NCBI GenBank assembly: GCA_030615165.1
Contig: JAUWZW010000001.1
Location: forward strand, 1-50,686
Direction of reading: 5' to 3'
Source: Candidatus Aenigmatarchaeota archaeon
GTDB lineage: Archaea > Aenigmatarchaeota > Aenigmatarchaeia > QMZP01
Length of the DNA stretch: 50,686 bases
Shown: piece after piece, positions 1 through 8,233 of the stretch
How positions within the stretch are numbered: position 1 is the first letter of the stretch
Layout of the letters: every line of letters begins with the position of its first letter
Notes under the pieces: generated by a model
The model's input: the letters and a program-made list of their open reading frames with translations, nothing else
The model's database searches: none
Told to the model about the DNA's origin: nothing
Position numbers and translations under genes: made by a program

Positions 1-177
1 GTGAGTTATCCGAAGGACTTCAGGGATTGGGGACCGTGAACTGAACACCTCGTTGCCTTAGTGCTTACATCCCGGTTCCATTAACCTATCGTCTATAGGA
101 CCTTCCTCTCTTCGCCGGTAGTTGCCTACCAGTTTGGAGAATGATTACCTCTTTTCAGGGACGGCTTCAAGCTTAGA

Positions 178-215
178 TAGACCGACAGCTTAAACTAGAG
201 TTGTTTAAGCTTCGA
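178..215 (-). other. 38-nt insertion in the 23S 3' domain (putative mini-intron)
   Basis: The conserved GCTGAAGGCAT|TCTAAGCTTGAAGCC string (canonical GCTGAAAGCATCTAAGC) is split by TCGAAGCTTAAACAACTCTAGTTTAAGCTGTCGGTCTA. The insert contains the hairpin GCTTAAAC/GTTTAAGC. Confidence 0.6.
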
Positions 216-437
216 ATGCCTTCAGCTTTTATCCGCTATGGCGTAGCTACCCGGCGATGCTTACACAACCGGTACACCAGAGGCCACGACTCTCTGTTCC
301 TTTCGTACTGAGAGAATCCTCCCCTCAGGCAATCCGCACCCCCAGTAGATAAAGACCAAACTGTCTCGCAACGTTCTGAACCCAGTTAACGTAGCTCTTT
401 GATGAGTGAACACCTCCACCCTTGCACGCTTACAGAA

Positions 438-505
438 CCTCTAATGCGTTAGCGGTTTTTCCGTTAACGCTTTAGCCCGCTTGCTTGGGCTAAAGGGTTA
501 TGCTG
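438..505 (-). other. About 65-nt insertion in 23S domain V with two hairpins (boundaries uncertain)
   Basis: Extra sequence lies between CCTGCGCGTGCAGCA and GGTTCTGTAAGCGTGCAAGGGTGGAGGTGTTCAC. It contains the hairpins CTTTAGCCC/GGGCTAAAG and GCGTTAACGG/CCGCTAACGC. Confidence 0.45.
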
Positions 506-544
506 CACGCGCAGGAAGAGCTGAACCGACGGCGGAGATTCTTG

Positions 545-693
545 TCATACTAGCTAGTCACGGTGTAACGATACGGTGTCCCATAAATACCTCGACCATA
601 TTGTTTTTACAACTTCTTGCTTCATTGAAGCTGGCTAGCTAATACGATAGCAATGTACGAGGTCAATGTGGACTTTCACCCGCCACGACTCCA
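545..693 (-). other. About 150-nt insertion immediately 3' (RNA sense) of GGGGATAA in 23S domain V (boundaries unresolved)
   Basis: CCCCGGGGATAA is followed by about 150 nt that I cannot align to the canonical peptidyl-transferase-region sequence. Alignment resumes at CTCCGCCGTCGGTTCAGCTCTTCC. The insert has an internal TAGCTAG...CTAGCTA stem. Confidence 0.4.
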
Positions 694-709
694 TTATCCC
701 CGGGGTAAC

Positions 710-1534
710 TTATCCAGATCGAGTAGCTTCCAACAACAATTCAAGTCTTTTTGCTTTTGATGAATTTAAGAATATAAATTTGTGATAAAATTTTTCTATG
801 TTTTCTTTGCCATAGATTGGCAATCTATGAGTTGAAATTTTTCCACACCTTATACCAAGATTTTCCAATACCGTTTTAGCAAACTCTAAAGATTTTCTAT
901 CTTTTTGTGTCAAATCAATTTGGTATCTATTGGGTTTATGTGGTACATGTCCTTCAGCATCGAAAAATCCTTCAATATATGCTTTCTGAATTCTTTTAGG
1001 AGCTGTCTTTATAATTTCCGGTGCATCTTTATGCATACAGCCATTAAACAGTACATTAAGTAGATGGAATAAAGATTTTGATGAAGTGTCAAGGTAAGCT
1101 GTATCAAATCTTTTCTGGTACCTTATATGCATATCTATTTCGAAAATAGTTTTGAAAATGTTTTTGACTTTTCTCGACCATTTTGCATCGCGTGTGTCAT
1201 AAAGTCTAATGAAATGCTTACCACATGATGTTATCAAACTTCCATCTCTCATTGCTCCTAAAAGATATGCTAAATCTCTGTTAAATTTTTTTGGGAGTTT
1301 TATTTTTGAATGCGCAGAACCTGTTCCTGATTTAACGTGTGTTACATTTTTTAGCAAGTGTTTATATTTATCAAAGATTAATTCCAAAGGGAAGGAATTC
1401 AATCTTCTCCATTTGTATACCTGTCTTTTATGTACACCAACCTGTTTTACACAGCCGGATTCGAGTTCTACACGAATTTCAAGATTTAGCATTTTTTCAA
1501 GAAGCTTTTCTGTGCTGAAATTTTGAAATTTCAT
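710..1534 (-). CDS. LAGLIDADG homing endonuclease, double-motif, intron-encoded
   Basis: Two LAGLIDADG-type motifs are present: LAYLLGAMRDGSL and YIEGFFDAEGHV. The ORF lies inside the 23S rRNA, and its stop codon falls in conserved exon sequence (GGATAAGTTACC). Confidence 0.85.
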   Translation of the reverse strand: MKFQNFSTEKLLEKMLNLEIRVELESGCVKQVGVHKRQVYKWRRLNSFPLELIFDKYKHLLKNVTHVKSGTGSAHSKIKLPKKFNRDLAYLLGAMRDGSLITSCGKHFIRLYDTRDAKWSRKVKNIFKTIFEIDMHIRYQKRFDTAYLDTSSKSLFHLLNVLFNGCMHKDAPEIIKTAPKRIQKAYIEGFFDAEGHVPHKPNRYQIDLTQKDRKSLEFAKTVLENLGIRCGKISTHRLPIYGKENIEKFYHKFIFLNSSKAKRLELLLEATRSG

Positions 1535-1645
1535 GGTTTATTGTTAGTGAGGCATCCTTATCTGTTTTTAGGCGCAAGCCGACCTGCGAAGCAGGTAAAA
1601 ACAGAATATGGATGCCAAACCATTGTTGTTTGAGAAGCTACCCGT
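716..1645 (-). mobile_element. Large rRNA intron in 23S domain V carrying a LAGLIDADG homing endonuclease ORF (boundaries +/- about 15 nt)
   Basis: Conserved exon sequence GCGAAAGCGTGGCCTAGCGATCC...GACAGAAAAACGGGTAGC (rc of about 1637-1700) is separated from GGATAAGTTACCCCGGGGATAA (rc of 694-715) by about 930 nt. In uninterrupted 23S these segments are adjacent. The intervening DNA is AT-rich and holds the 274-aa ORF. Confidence 0.75.
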
Positions 1646-1999
1646 TTTTCTGTCAGAGCAAACTCCCAATTAAAGGAGTATTGCGGATCGCTAGGCCACG
1701 CTTTCGCGTTAGGATTCCTTACTTTGCAGAATCCTATCAGTCCTCCTTTTGCCCTTACACTCTTTTCGAGATTTCTGACCTCGATGAGGAGAACTTAGGG
1801 CTTCTTTGATTTCTTGTCAAAGAAGTACCGCCCCAGTCAAACTATCCATCTGATGCTGTCCCCAAGAAGAGTAAGCAGTATAAAAACAAAAGGGTGGTGT
1901 TACACTTTCGCCTTCCCTGAGCCTGACGACTCAGGTGCAACGCTCCCACCTACTCTATACAATCGTTGCCATACCGCAACATCAGACTATAGTAAAGAT

Positions 2000-2033
2000 T
2001 TCCGCTGAGAGAAGGACATATTCCCTTCTCCCA
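2000..2033 (-). other. 34-nt insertion in 23S domain V (putative mini-intron)
   Basis: GACGAGAAGACCCCGTGGA and ATCTTTACTATAG are contiguous in canonical LSU rRNA. Here they are split by TGGGAGAAGGGAATATGTCCTTCTCTCAGCGGAA, which has the hairpin GAGAAGG/CCTTCTC. Confidence 0.65.
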
Positions 2034-2798
2034 TCCACGGGGTCTTCTCGTCCCACTGGGGGACTCCTGAATGTGCGCAGGACATTAATTTCACTAGGTA
2101 TCAATCCGGGACAGCGGGAATCTCGTTAAGCCATTGATGCAGGCCGATAATTAATCGGCAAGGGATTACGCTACCTTAAGACGGTCAGAGTTACCGCCGG
2201 CGTTTATCAGGGCTTCATCCAGTTGAAACTGGATTTAACACACTGACACTGGCCAGACCTCAGGGACTATACAAAACGTTTCCATCTAGCAGTCCCCTAT
2301 GTTTTTGTTAAACAGTCGGACTCCCCTTGTCACTGCGACCTACCAGTTCTAAACTAAGTCAGAGTGGTAGGCATCCTTTCTACCAAAGATACAGGACTAA
2401 TTTGCCGAATTCCCTAGATTGATTTCTCCTAACCACCTTCCCCGTAGAGCTAAGATTGCTTGTTTCAGTTGGTTCAAGCAATCAAACTTTCTCAGGGAGG
2501 GCACCAGTGACGGTTCTGGGTACGAATGAAAGAGATCCTTACTATCTCCCTTTTCATGGACTCCAGGAATTGACCAAACCCTATTCAGGGCCCTTCCAGC
2601 TTCACCTGTTTCTCACCATTACGGTACTCCACAGGCTTGACTGGCTAGATACATCTCTGTATTTGGTCTATCCAGAAGTGTCAGGAAATAGTCCTAGCGT
2701 CGCCGCATGTACTCTTTCAGTGCAGGAATATTAACCTGCTTCCCATTCGGCAAACTCCGGTTAGGGTTTGCCTTAGGATCGACTAACCCTCAGCTGAA

Positions 2799-2852
2799 TC
2801 GACCAGGTGACAGCCTCGACGGCTTGGTTAACCATTATTAGCCGTCAACCTG
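2799..2852 (-). repeat. 23S insertion, member A of the GACGGCU...AGCCGUC hairpin family
   Basis: GGGTTCCTCAGCAACGGTTAA and TTCAGCTGAGGGTTAGTCGATCC are separated by about 54 nt. The insert contains TTGACGGCT...AGCCGTCG, bracketed by CAGGT/ACCTG. Confidence 0.55.
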
Positions 2853-2885
2853 TTAACCGTTGCTGAGGAACCCTTGCCCTGTACC

Positions 2886-2918
2886 TTCAAAAGACGGCTT
2901 TAGAAAAGCCGTCAATCG
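2886..2918 (-). repeat. 23S insertion, member B of the GACGGCU...AGCCGUC hairpin family
   Basis: The hairpin gacggctttagaaaagccgtc (2893-2913) sits where canonical LSU runs straight from helix sequence into CAAGGGTTCC. Confidence 0.5.
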
Positions 2919-3431
2919 ATTTAGGTGGCTGGGATTCTAACCCAGCTTTTGCTGTTACTATTGGCAAGATTCTTGTTTTCATGAGGTCTATTTAGGCTTA
3001 CGCCCAAACTTCTGCCCTCACGAAACACCTCCCTACAACATGCCTTTCGGCGTTCAGGGTATCGGTAGCCTATTTAGTCCCGTCCATTCTCAAGGCTCCT
3101 AACCTCGGTGGGTGAGTTATTACACACTCTTTAAAGGGTGGCTGCCTCTAAGCCAACCTTCCCACTGTCTGGGGTTAGAAACACTTTTCCTCACTTAATA
3201 GGCATTTTGGGACCTTAACCCTGATCTGGCTTCTCTGCCTTTCGGATATTGAGCTTACCCCATATCCGCACTCCCACTTTCTACGATGATGAGGAGTTCT
3301 GAGTTTGACAGAACAACTGGAGGTTTCCCTCCTTGGTTACCCAATCAGTATCTTTACCTCCTCAACTATCTCCAGTAAGGCTGAGCTGCGGCTCATTTCG
3401 GGAGGAACCAGCTATTGCCCCTTTCGATTGG

Positions 3432-3492
3432 CATCGAACAGAAGACGGCTATAACTTCGCCTTGCGAACTGTTACGGAAAGCCGTCAAACTG
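3432..3492 (-). repeat. 23S insertion, member C of the GACGGCU...AGCCGUC hairpin family
   Basis: The conserved GGGGTGAAAA...GCCAATCGAAAGGGGCAATAGCTGGTTCC string is split by about 60 nt. The insert is closed by TTGACGGCT (rc of 3480-3488) and AGCCGTCTT (rc of 3442-3450). Confidence 0.55.
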
Positions 3493-4752
3493 ATTTTCAC
3501 CCCTAGTCCCAGGTCACGTGAGCGATTTGAATCTCAGCACCACTAGCGGGCCTCCATCCAGGTTTCCCTGGACTTCACCCTGCCCAAGACTAGATCAAGG
3601 GGCTTCGGGTCTTATCCCTGTGACTTGGGCGCTTTCACACCCACCTGCCTTGCAAGCTGCGCAGGATTCGCTTTCGCTACGGAATCGTTACCTTATCCTC
3701 GCCACAGAGATAAACTCCTTGCCGCGTGTTTCAAAACGGACGATATAACCCGGAATCCCTTCTTCGTACAATGCCCTTACGAGCCTTCCTTTGAAGGGAT
3801 GAGCAGGCCATATCTACCTATAGTTACATGGTTTCAGGTTCTTTTTACCTCCTGTTAAGGATACTTTTCAGCTTTCTCTCACGATACTAGTACGCTATCG
3901 GACTCAGAATATTTTTAGAATTAGGAGTTATTGTCTCCCATATTCCTACTGGATATTCGACCAGCAGTACTCTGGATACTTGGTATCAACCTTCCTCCTT
4001 TCTCCTACGGGGCTATCACCCTTTGCAGCGCTGCTTTCCAGCAGACTTCGGATTGGGAAGTTAGGCAGAGCCCAAGTCCAAACCCCACATCTCCCTACAA
4101 TTTCTTGCAGGGATTCGGTTTGTCCTGAACCGTTTTCGATCGCCTTTACTAACGGTATCGCATTTGCTTTCTTTTCCTGCGGGTAATAAGATGTTTCAAT
4201 TCCCCGCGTGACCGTTCCTCGCGGAACACCAAAGGTAGGAAGTCCCATTAGGGAATACCAGGTTCAAAGTATGTATGCGACTACCCTGGTCTTAATGCAG
4301 CTTACCACACCCTTCCTCGGTATCTGAGCCAAGCCATCCACCATATAACGTAATGTCCTTCAGGATAACTCACCTATGAATATCATACAAAAGAGCTTTC
4401 ACATGGTGTTCACTAAATCACTGAAAGCCGGTTAACAGCATGAACTGTTAACATGCTATCTCATACTGGAGCGATTAACCAATGATCACGGTGCTCTTTT
4501 TCAAATCTGCCCTCTACTCCCAGGTAAAGGGCTTCATATGCATTGTGAAACGGTGAACATGAATCCTTTATCTATATACGAAATACTGCTCAGAATCAGA
4601 CAACCAATTCACGCCTGTCACCAGCGCGTTCATCATTCAGCTGCAAACCGCACCATCTGCCACACGGAACGGCTGACTCTGGACAGCCTTGTTTCCTATG
4701 TTATGTTTTTATTTATGGATTTATAAGCGTACGAACCCTCACTTCTGTATGA

Positions 4753-4913
4753 TGGACTGGGTGGGATGTTCAGGCCTTCTTGAGGGGCTTAATATCAAGA
4801 AAGCACTTTTGAACCCACGGCCTCTCGCTTGCAAAGCGAGCGATCTAAAGTGCCCCCCAACGTAAGTTGGGTTTCCCTGCTTACGCAGGAAGGTACCGCT
4901 GATCTACCAGCCC
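4753..4913 (-). tRNA. tRNA-Ala(UGC) in the 16S-23S spacer, with two non-canonical introns (D-loop and T-loop 59/60)
   Basis: The rc reads GGGCTGG-TA-GATC-AGCGGTA[about 46 nt]TAGATC-G-CTCGC-TTTGCAA-GCGAG-AGGCC-GTGGG-TTCAAA[41 nt]T-CCCAC-CCAGTCC-A. All four stems pair, the anticodon is TGC, and the G3:U70 alanine identity pair is present. 161 nt minus the inserts gives about 73 nt. Confidence 0.75.
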
Positions 4914-4979
4914 TTACTGATATTTTTTATAGCAGTTAGTTTATAAAGTTTACCCAGTCTTATGGCTCATTGAAAAAAT

Positions 4980-5022
<43 letters not shown>

Positions 5023-5023
5023 T

Positions 5024-5125
5024 ATCGGACAGCGAGACTATAGTCTAAGCTGTGTGGTTCTGTTTCGCACACCGCTTTATCATCTGCACACGAAAGGTGC
5101 ATCAGTTTGCCCATCTCGCTATCTT
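5024..5125 (-). other. 102-nt insertion in the 16S 3' region, inside the universal 1492R primer site
   Basis: The canonical AAGTCGTAACAAGGTAGCCGTA is split between AAGTCGT and AACAAGG: the plus strand reads ccttgtt[102 nt]acgactt. Confidence 0.75.
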
Positions 5126-5920
5126 ACGACTTAGCCCACCTTGCAAAACCGTGGCTCGATTTCGGCAAGAACCGAAAGCTCGCCAAAATTCCACTCGGTT
5201 GGCTTGACGGGCAGTGTGTGCAAGGAGCAGGAACATATTCGCCGCTAGATGCTAACCAGCGACTACTAGGGATTTCGACTTCATGAGGACGGGTTGCAGC
5301 CCTCAATCTGGACTGAGATCGGATTTGGGGATTAGTTCTTCCTTTCGGAGTCACATCCCATTATTCCGACCATTGTAGGCCGCGTGTAACCTAGGGGATT
5401 AAGAGCATACTGACCTGCCGTCGACCGCTCCTTCCTCTGCTTTATCAACAGCGGTCCCCTATGAGTACTGGACCTCCAAAGAAGCCCATAGTAACATAGG
5501 GCGCGGGTCTTGTTCGTTACGACACTTAAGTCGACACCTCACGGCACGAACTGACGACGGCCATGCACCACCTCTCAGCTTGTTTGGTAAGACCTTCAGC
5601 CTGACCTTCATTCTGCTGTCGCCCCTAGTGAGGTTCCTCGCGTTGAATCGAATTAAACCGCAGCCTCCACCCCTTGTGTGCTCCCCCGCCAATTCCCTTA
5701 AGTTTCATCCTTGCGAACGTACTTCCCAGGTGACCCACTTAATGGTTTCCCTACGACTCTGGGAACCCCCTTAAGATTCCCAATGTCTAGTGGGTATCGT
5801 TTACAGCCAGGACTACAAGGGTATCTAATCCTCTTCGCTCCCCTGGCTTTCGTCCCTCACCGTCAGATCCGTTCTAGTCGAGCGCCTTCGCCACAGGTGG
5901 TCCTCTTGGGATTACAGGAT

Positions 5921-5963
5921 AGTAAGCTTGCTTACTGCACATGTGAATACAGCGAGCAGAGCG
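5921..5963 (-). other. 43-nt insertion in the 16S central domain
   Basis: The plus strand reads gggattacaggat[43 nt]ttttacccctacccc. The canonical archaeal sequence is a contiguous GGGGTAGGGGTAAAATCCTGTAATCC. Confidence 0.65.
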
Positions 5964-6056
5964 TTTTACCCCTACCCCAAGAATACCCTCGACCTCTCCC
6001 GGTCTCAAGCCCGGTAGTATTCCCAACAAGCTCCACAGTTAGCTGCGGAATTTCAT

Positions 6057-6090
6057 GCTCATGATGGCGTTGGCCATCACGTAGTTTCAT
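6057..6090 (-). other. About 34-nt insertion in 16S (exact junction ambiguous because of a TTTCAT direct repeat)
   Basis: The plus strand reads gcggaatttcat[gctcatgatggcgttggccatcacgtagtttcat]tagg. The insert holds the hairpin tgatggc/gccatca and is flanked by duplicated tttcat. Confidence 0.55.
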
Positions 6091-6167
6091 TAGGAACTTA
6101 CCGAACCGGCTACGAACGCTTTAAACCCAATAAAAGTGATCACCACTCGTGGCGCAGGTATTACCGC

Positions 6168-6200
6168 TTACCGTGTTGATGGCAAAACTGCCATTAGCAT
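6168..6200 (-). other. 33-nt insertion in the 16S 530 loop (515F/519R universal primer site)
   Basis: The canonical GTGCCAGCCGCCGCGGTAATAC is split. The plus strand reads gtattaccgc[ttaccgtgttgatggcaaaactgccattagcat]ggcggctggcac, with the hairpin atggca/tgccat inside the insert. Confidence 0.75.
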
Positions 6201-6912
6201 GGCGGCTGGCACCTGTCTTACCCACCACTTATTCACCAAGCTGTGAAGACTTGGGAAAAGCTTTCTCCGAAGAGAAAGCACTCCAAATTCCTCCATCACG
6301 CTTGCGCGCATTGTGGAATTTTCGCGCCTGCTGCGTCCCGTAGGACCTGGATTCTTGTCTCAGAATCCATCTCCGAGCTTCCTCTCTCAAGGCTCGTACA
6401 GATTATCGGCTTGCCAGGGTTTTATCCTAGCAACAACCTAATCCGCCGCAGTCTCATCCTTGGGCGCCGAAGCTTTGGGTAATGGAACATTCCAGTATCC
6501 ATTACCTATCTGGTATTAGCCCCAATTTCTCGGGATTATCCCAGACCCAAGGGCAGATTAACTACGTGTTACTGAGCTTTTCGCCTCCCTTGCGGGAAGA
6601 CTTGCATGGCTTAGCCGAATTCGGATAGCGGTGACCTCCGGCGGGATCAACCGGAATTAAGGAATAGCGGGTTTCTCCTTATTGTTTTCTCAATAAGTTT
6701 CCACTGTACTTTCTTTGCGGAAGTGTTAGCTCCTGTAAAAAAAGTACACAGGGTTCGTACTTACTTTAAACTCGATAAACATCTTCGAGCTCACACCCTG
6801 GTCATCCCGAGCCCAGAGGCTTCGCCCGAGAACTCGGTCTGTTAATAGTTATTCATTATGGTCGCCCATTTGGTAACTGCATTATACAACAATAATTATA
6901 TAAGATTTAGGG

Positions 6913-6920
6913 TATTTAAA
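6913..6920 (-). promoter_or_regulatory. Candidate TATA box for the rRNA operon
   Basis: The minus strand reads TTTAAATA (archaeal consensus TTTAWATA), about 255 nt upstream of the 16S 5' end, in an AT-rich spacer. A second TATA-like TTATATAA lies nearby. Confidence 0.3.
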
Positions 6921-6958
6921 GGTTACGCAGATACGGGCTTTTTATGCCAGAAATGAAA

Positions 6959-7903
6959 TCATGAAACTGCTTTCTTCAGTTCTTTATCAACCTCATCCTG
7001 GCCGTATTTTCTTGCTAGAGCTAGGTAAAGAATTCTATGATGAGCAGGAACCCATTTCGGGGATTTTCCAATAATCCAGGCACTCTTGGGCACATTGGGC
7101 GGTGTTTCGGTTATTGTCTTTGTGAGATATTTTGCGCAATCCTTCGGGTTGAAGGGGATTGTAAACAATTTCCTTGATTCCCAATCTGCTCCCCTTATTG
7201 CGTTTTCTACCTGTTCCTTGTTGCCGTCAATTCTACCTTCCATGCCTATTTCCACATGCAAATCATCCAAGGCCCTGCCAAGCTCAAGAAGCTTGGCCTG
7301 TATAAGCCTTCTGCCCACCTCTTCCAGAGCGCCGTCCCTGGCCACTGTTTCATATGGTGTTGCATCTTTTTCAGGAGTCATAAATCCTGCCGGCACACCA
7401 AAAAGGGCCGGATATTGCGAGAGTTTTTTGCTCCTTTCTGCAAGAACTACATAACCATCAGTAGTGAGAAATGCACTATTGATGCCTATCGGGTTTGCAA
7501 GGATGTCATTATCCAGTTCCTTTGGGTGAAGATCATATACCCTCTTGGCGCTTCTGCCTCCAAGCTCTTTTATTCCCTTCTCTGTGGATTTGTTTGACGC
7601 TACATGCGCAAAAAAGCTTGTTTTCTGCATAATAAGTTTTAATTTTTGGTCATCCTCGTTTGGGAAATAATCCTTGAGTCTTACCAACGGACCGTCAAAT
7701 AATACCCTGCCGTCAGCCTTTGCTTTTTTCTCCATTTGACTCATAATTCTGGCTTTATATTCAGCCAGAGGACCCTTCAGCTCAAAATCGCCAGCATACT
7801 CTACTTCAACCTGCTCCGGGCCAAGCCCTTCCGGGAAAGTCTGCAATACCACGTAAGGCACGCAGAGTTTACCACCCAAAAGTGTTACTCCTTGGTAGTT
7901 CAT
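6959..7903 (-). CDS. Hypothetical protein, weak degenerate Nudix-like motif
   Basis: 314-aa ORF with no competing frame. The segment GFMTPEKDATPYETVARDGALEEVG loosely resembles a Nudix box but has the wrong spacing. Confidence 0.5.
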   Translation of the reverse strand: MNYQGVTLLGGKLCVPYVVLQTFPEGLGPEQVEVEYAGDFELKGPLAEYKARIMSQMEKKAKADGRVLFDGPLVRLKDYFPNEDDQKLKLIMQKTSFFAHVASNKSTEKGIKELGGRSAKRVYDLHPKELDNDILANPIGINSAFLTTDGYVVLAERSKKLSQYPALFGVPAGFMTPEKDATPYETVARDGALEEVGRRLIQAKLLELGRALDDLHVEIGMEGRIDGNKEQVENAIRGADWESRKLFTIPFNPKDCAKYLTKTITETPPNVPKSAWIIGKSPKWVPAHHRILYLALARKYGQDEVDKELKKAVS

Positions 7904-8008
7904 AGGGTAATATATACAATAAGGTTTTAAAAGCTTTTGGGCCCCTCTGGAGGGTTTGTAGTTTAAGGATACTTTTAAATATCCCGCTCAATAACCAATT
8001 ATATACAT

Positions 8009-8171
8009 GGCCGTCGTAGTGTAATGGTTAACATAAGGGACTGTGGTCAGGCCTTTAGAAAAGGCCCGAACGCCCAAAAGGTCTGATAGATATCCCTTGA
8101 ACCGAGTTCAAACGCCCTGCTCGCTGCGCTCACAGGCACTTTCAGCGGTGCTGAAAATCTCGGCGACGGCC
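8009..8171 (+). tRNA. tRNA-His(GUG) with G-1 and two introns (canonical 37/38 and T-loop 59/60)
   Basis: G(-1)-GCCGTCG-TA-GTGT-AATGGTTA-ACAT-A-AGGGA-CTGTGG[8047-8091]A-TCCCT-TGAA-CCGAG-TTCAAA[8113-8157]T-CTCGG-CGACGGC-C. All stems pair. Discriminator C can pair with G-1, as expected for tRNA-His. Confidence 0.75.
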
Positions 8172-8233
8172 CTAGGAGGGTTGGCTCAGGCCGAAGGTCT
8201 GAGCATCCGTCCTCAATCATAAGGCGAAGAGTT

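Larger units (their letters stand above)
20..4350 (-). rRNA. rrl: 23S (LSU) rRNA, archaeal type, interrupted by at least eight insertions (locus about 4.3 kb versus about 3.0 kb expected)
   Basis: The reverse complement carries LSU hallmarks: GGTGGATGGCTTGGCTCAGATACC (4319-4342); GGGGAATTGAAACATCTTATTACCCGCAGGAAAAGAAA (about 4160-4205); CCTTTAAAGAGTGTGTAATAACTCACCC (about 3110-3140); GGTAACTCTGACCGTCTTAAGGTAGCGTAATCCCTTGCCG (2156-2195); GACGAGAAGACCCCGTGGA (about 2034-2052); GAGACAGTTTGGTCTTTATCTACTGGGG (about 340-370); sarcin-ricin loop AGTACGAAAGGAACAGAG (291-315). Positions 1-18 and 4355-4373 are inverted repeats with one bulge, i.e. a flanking processing stem. Confidence 0.85.
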
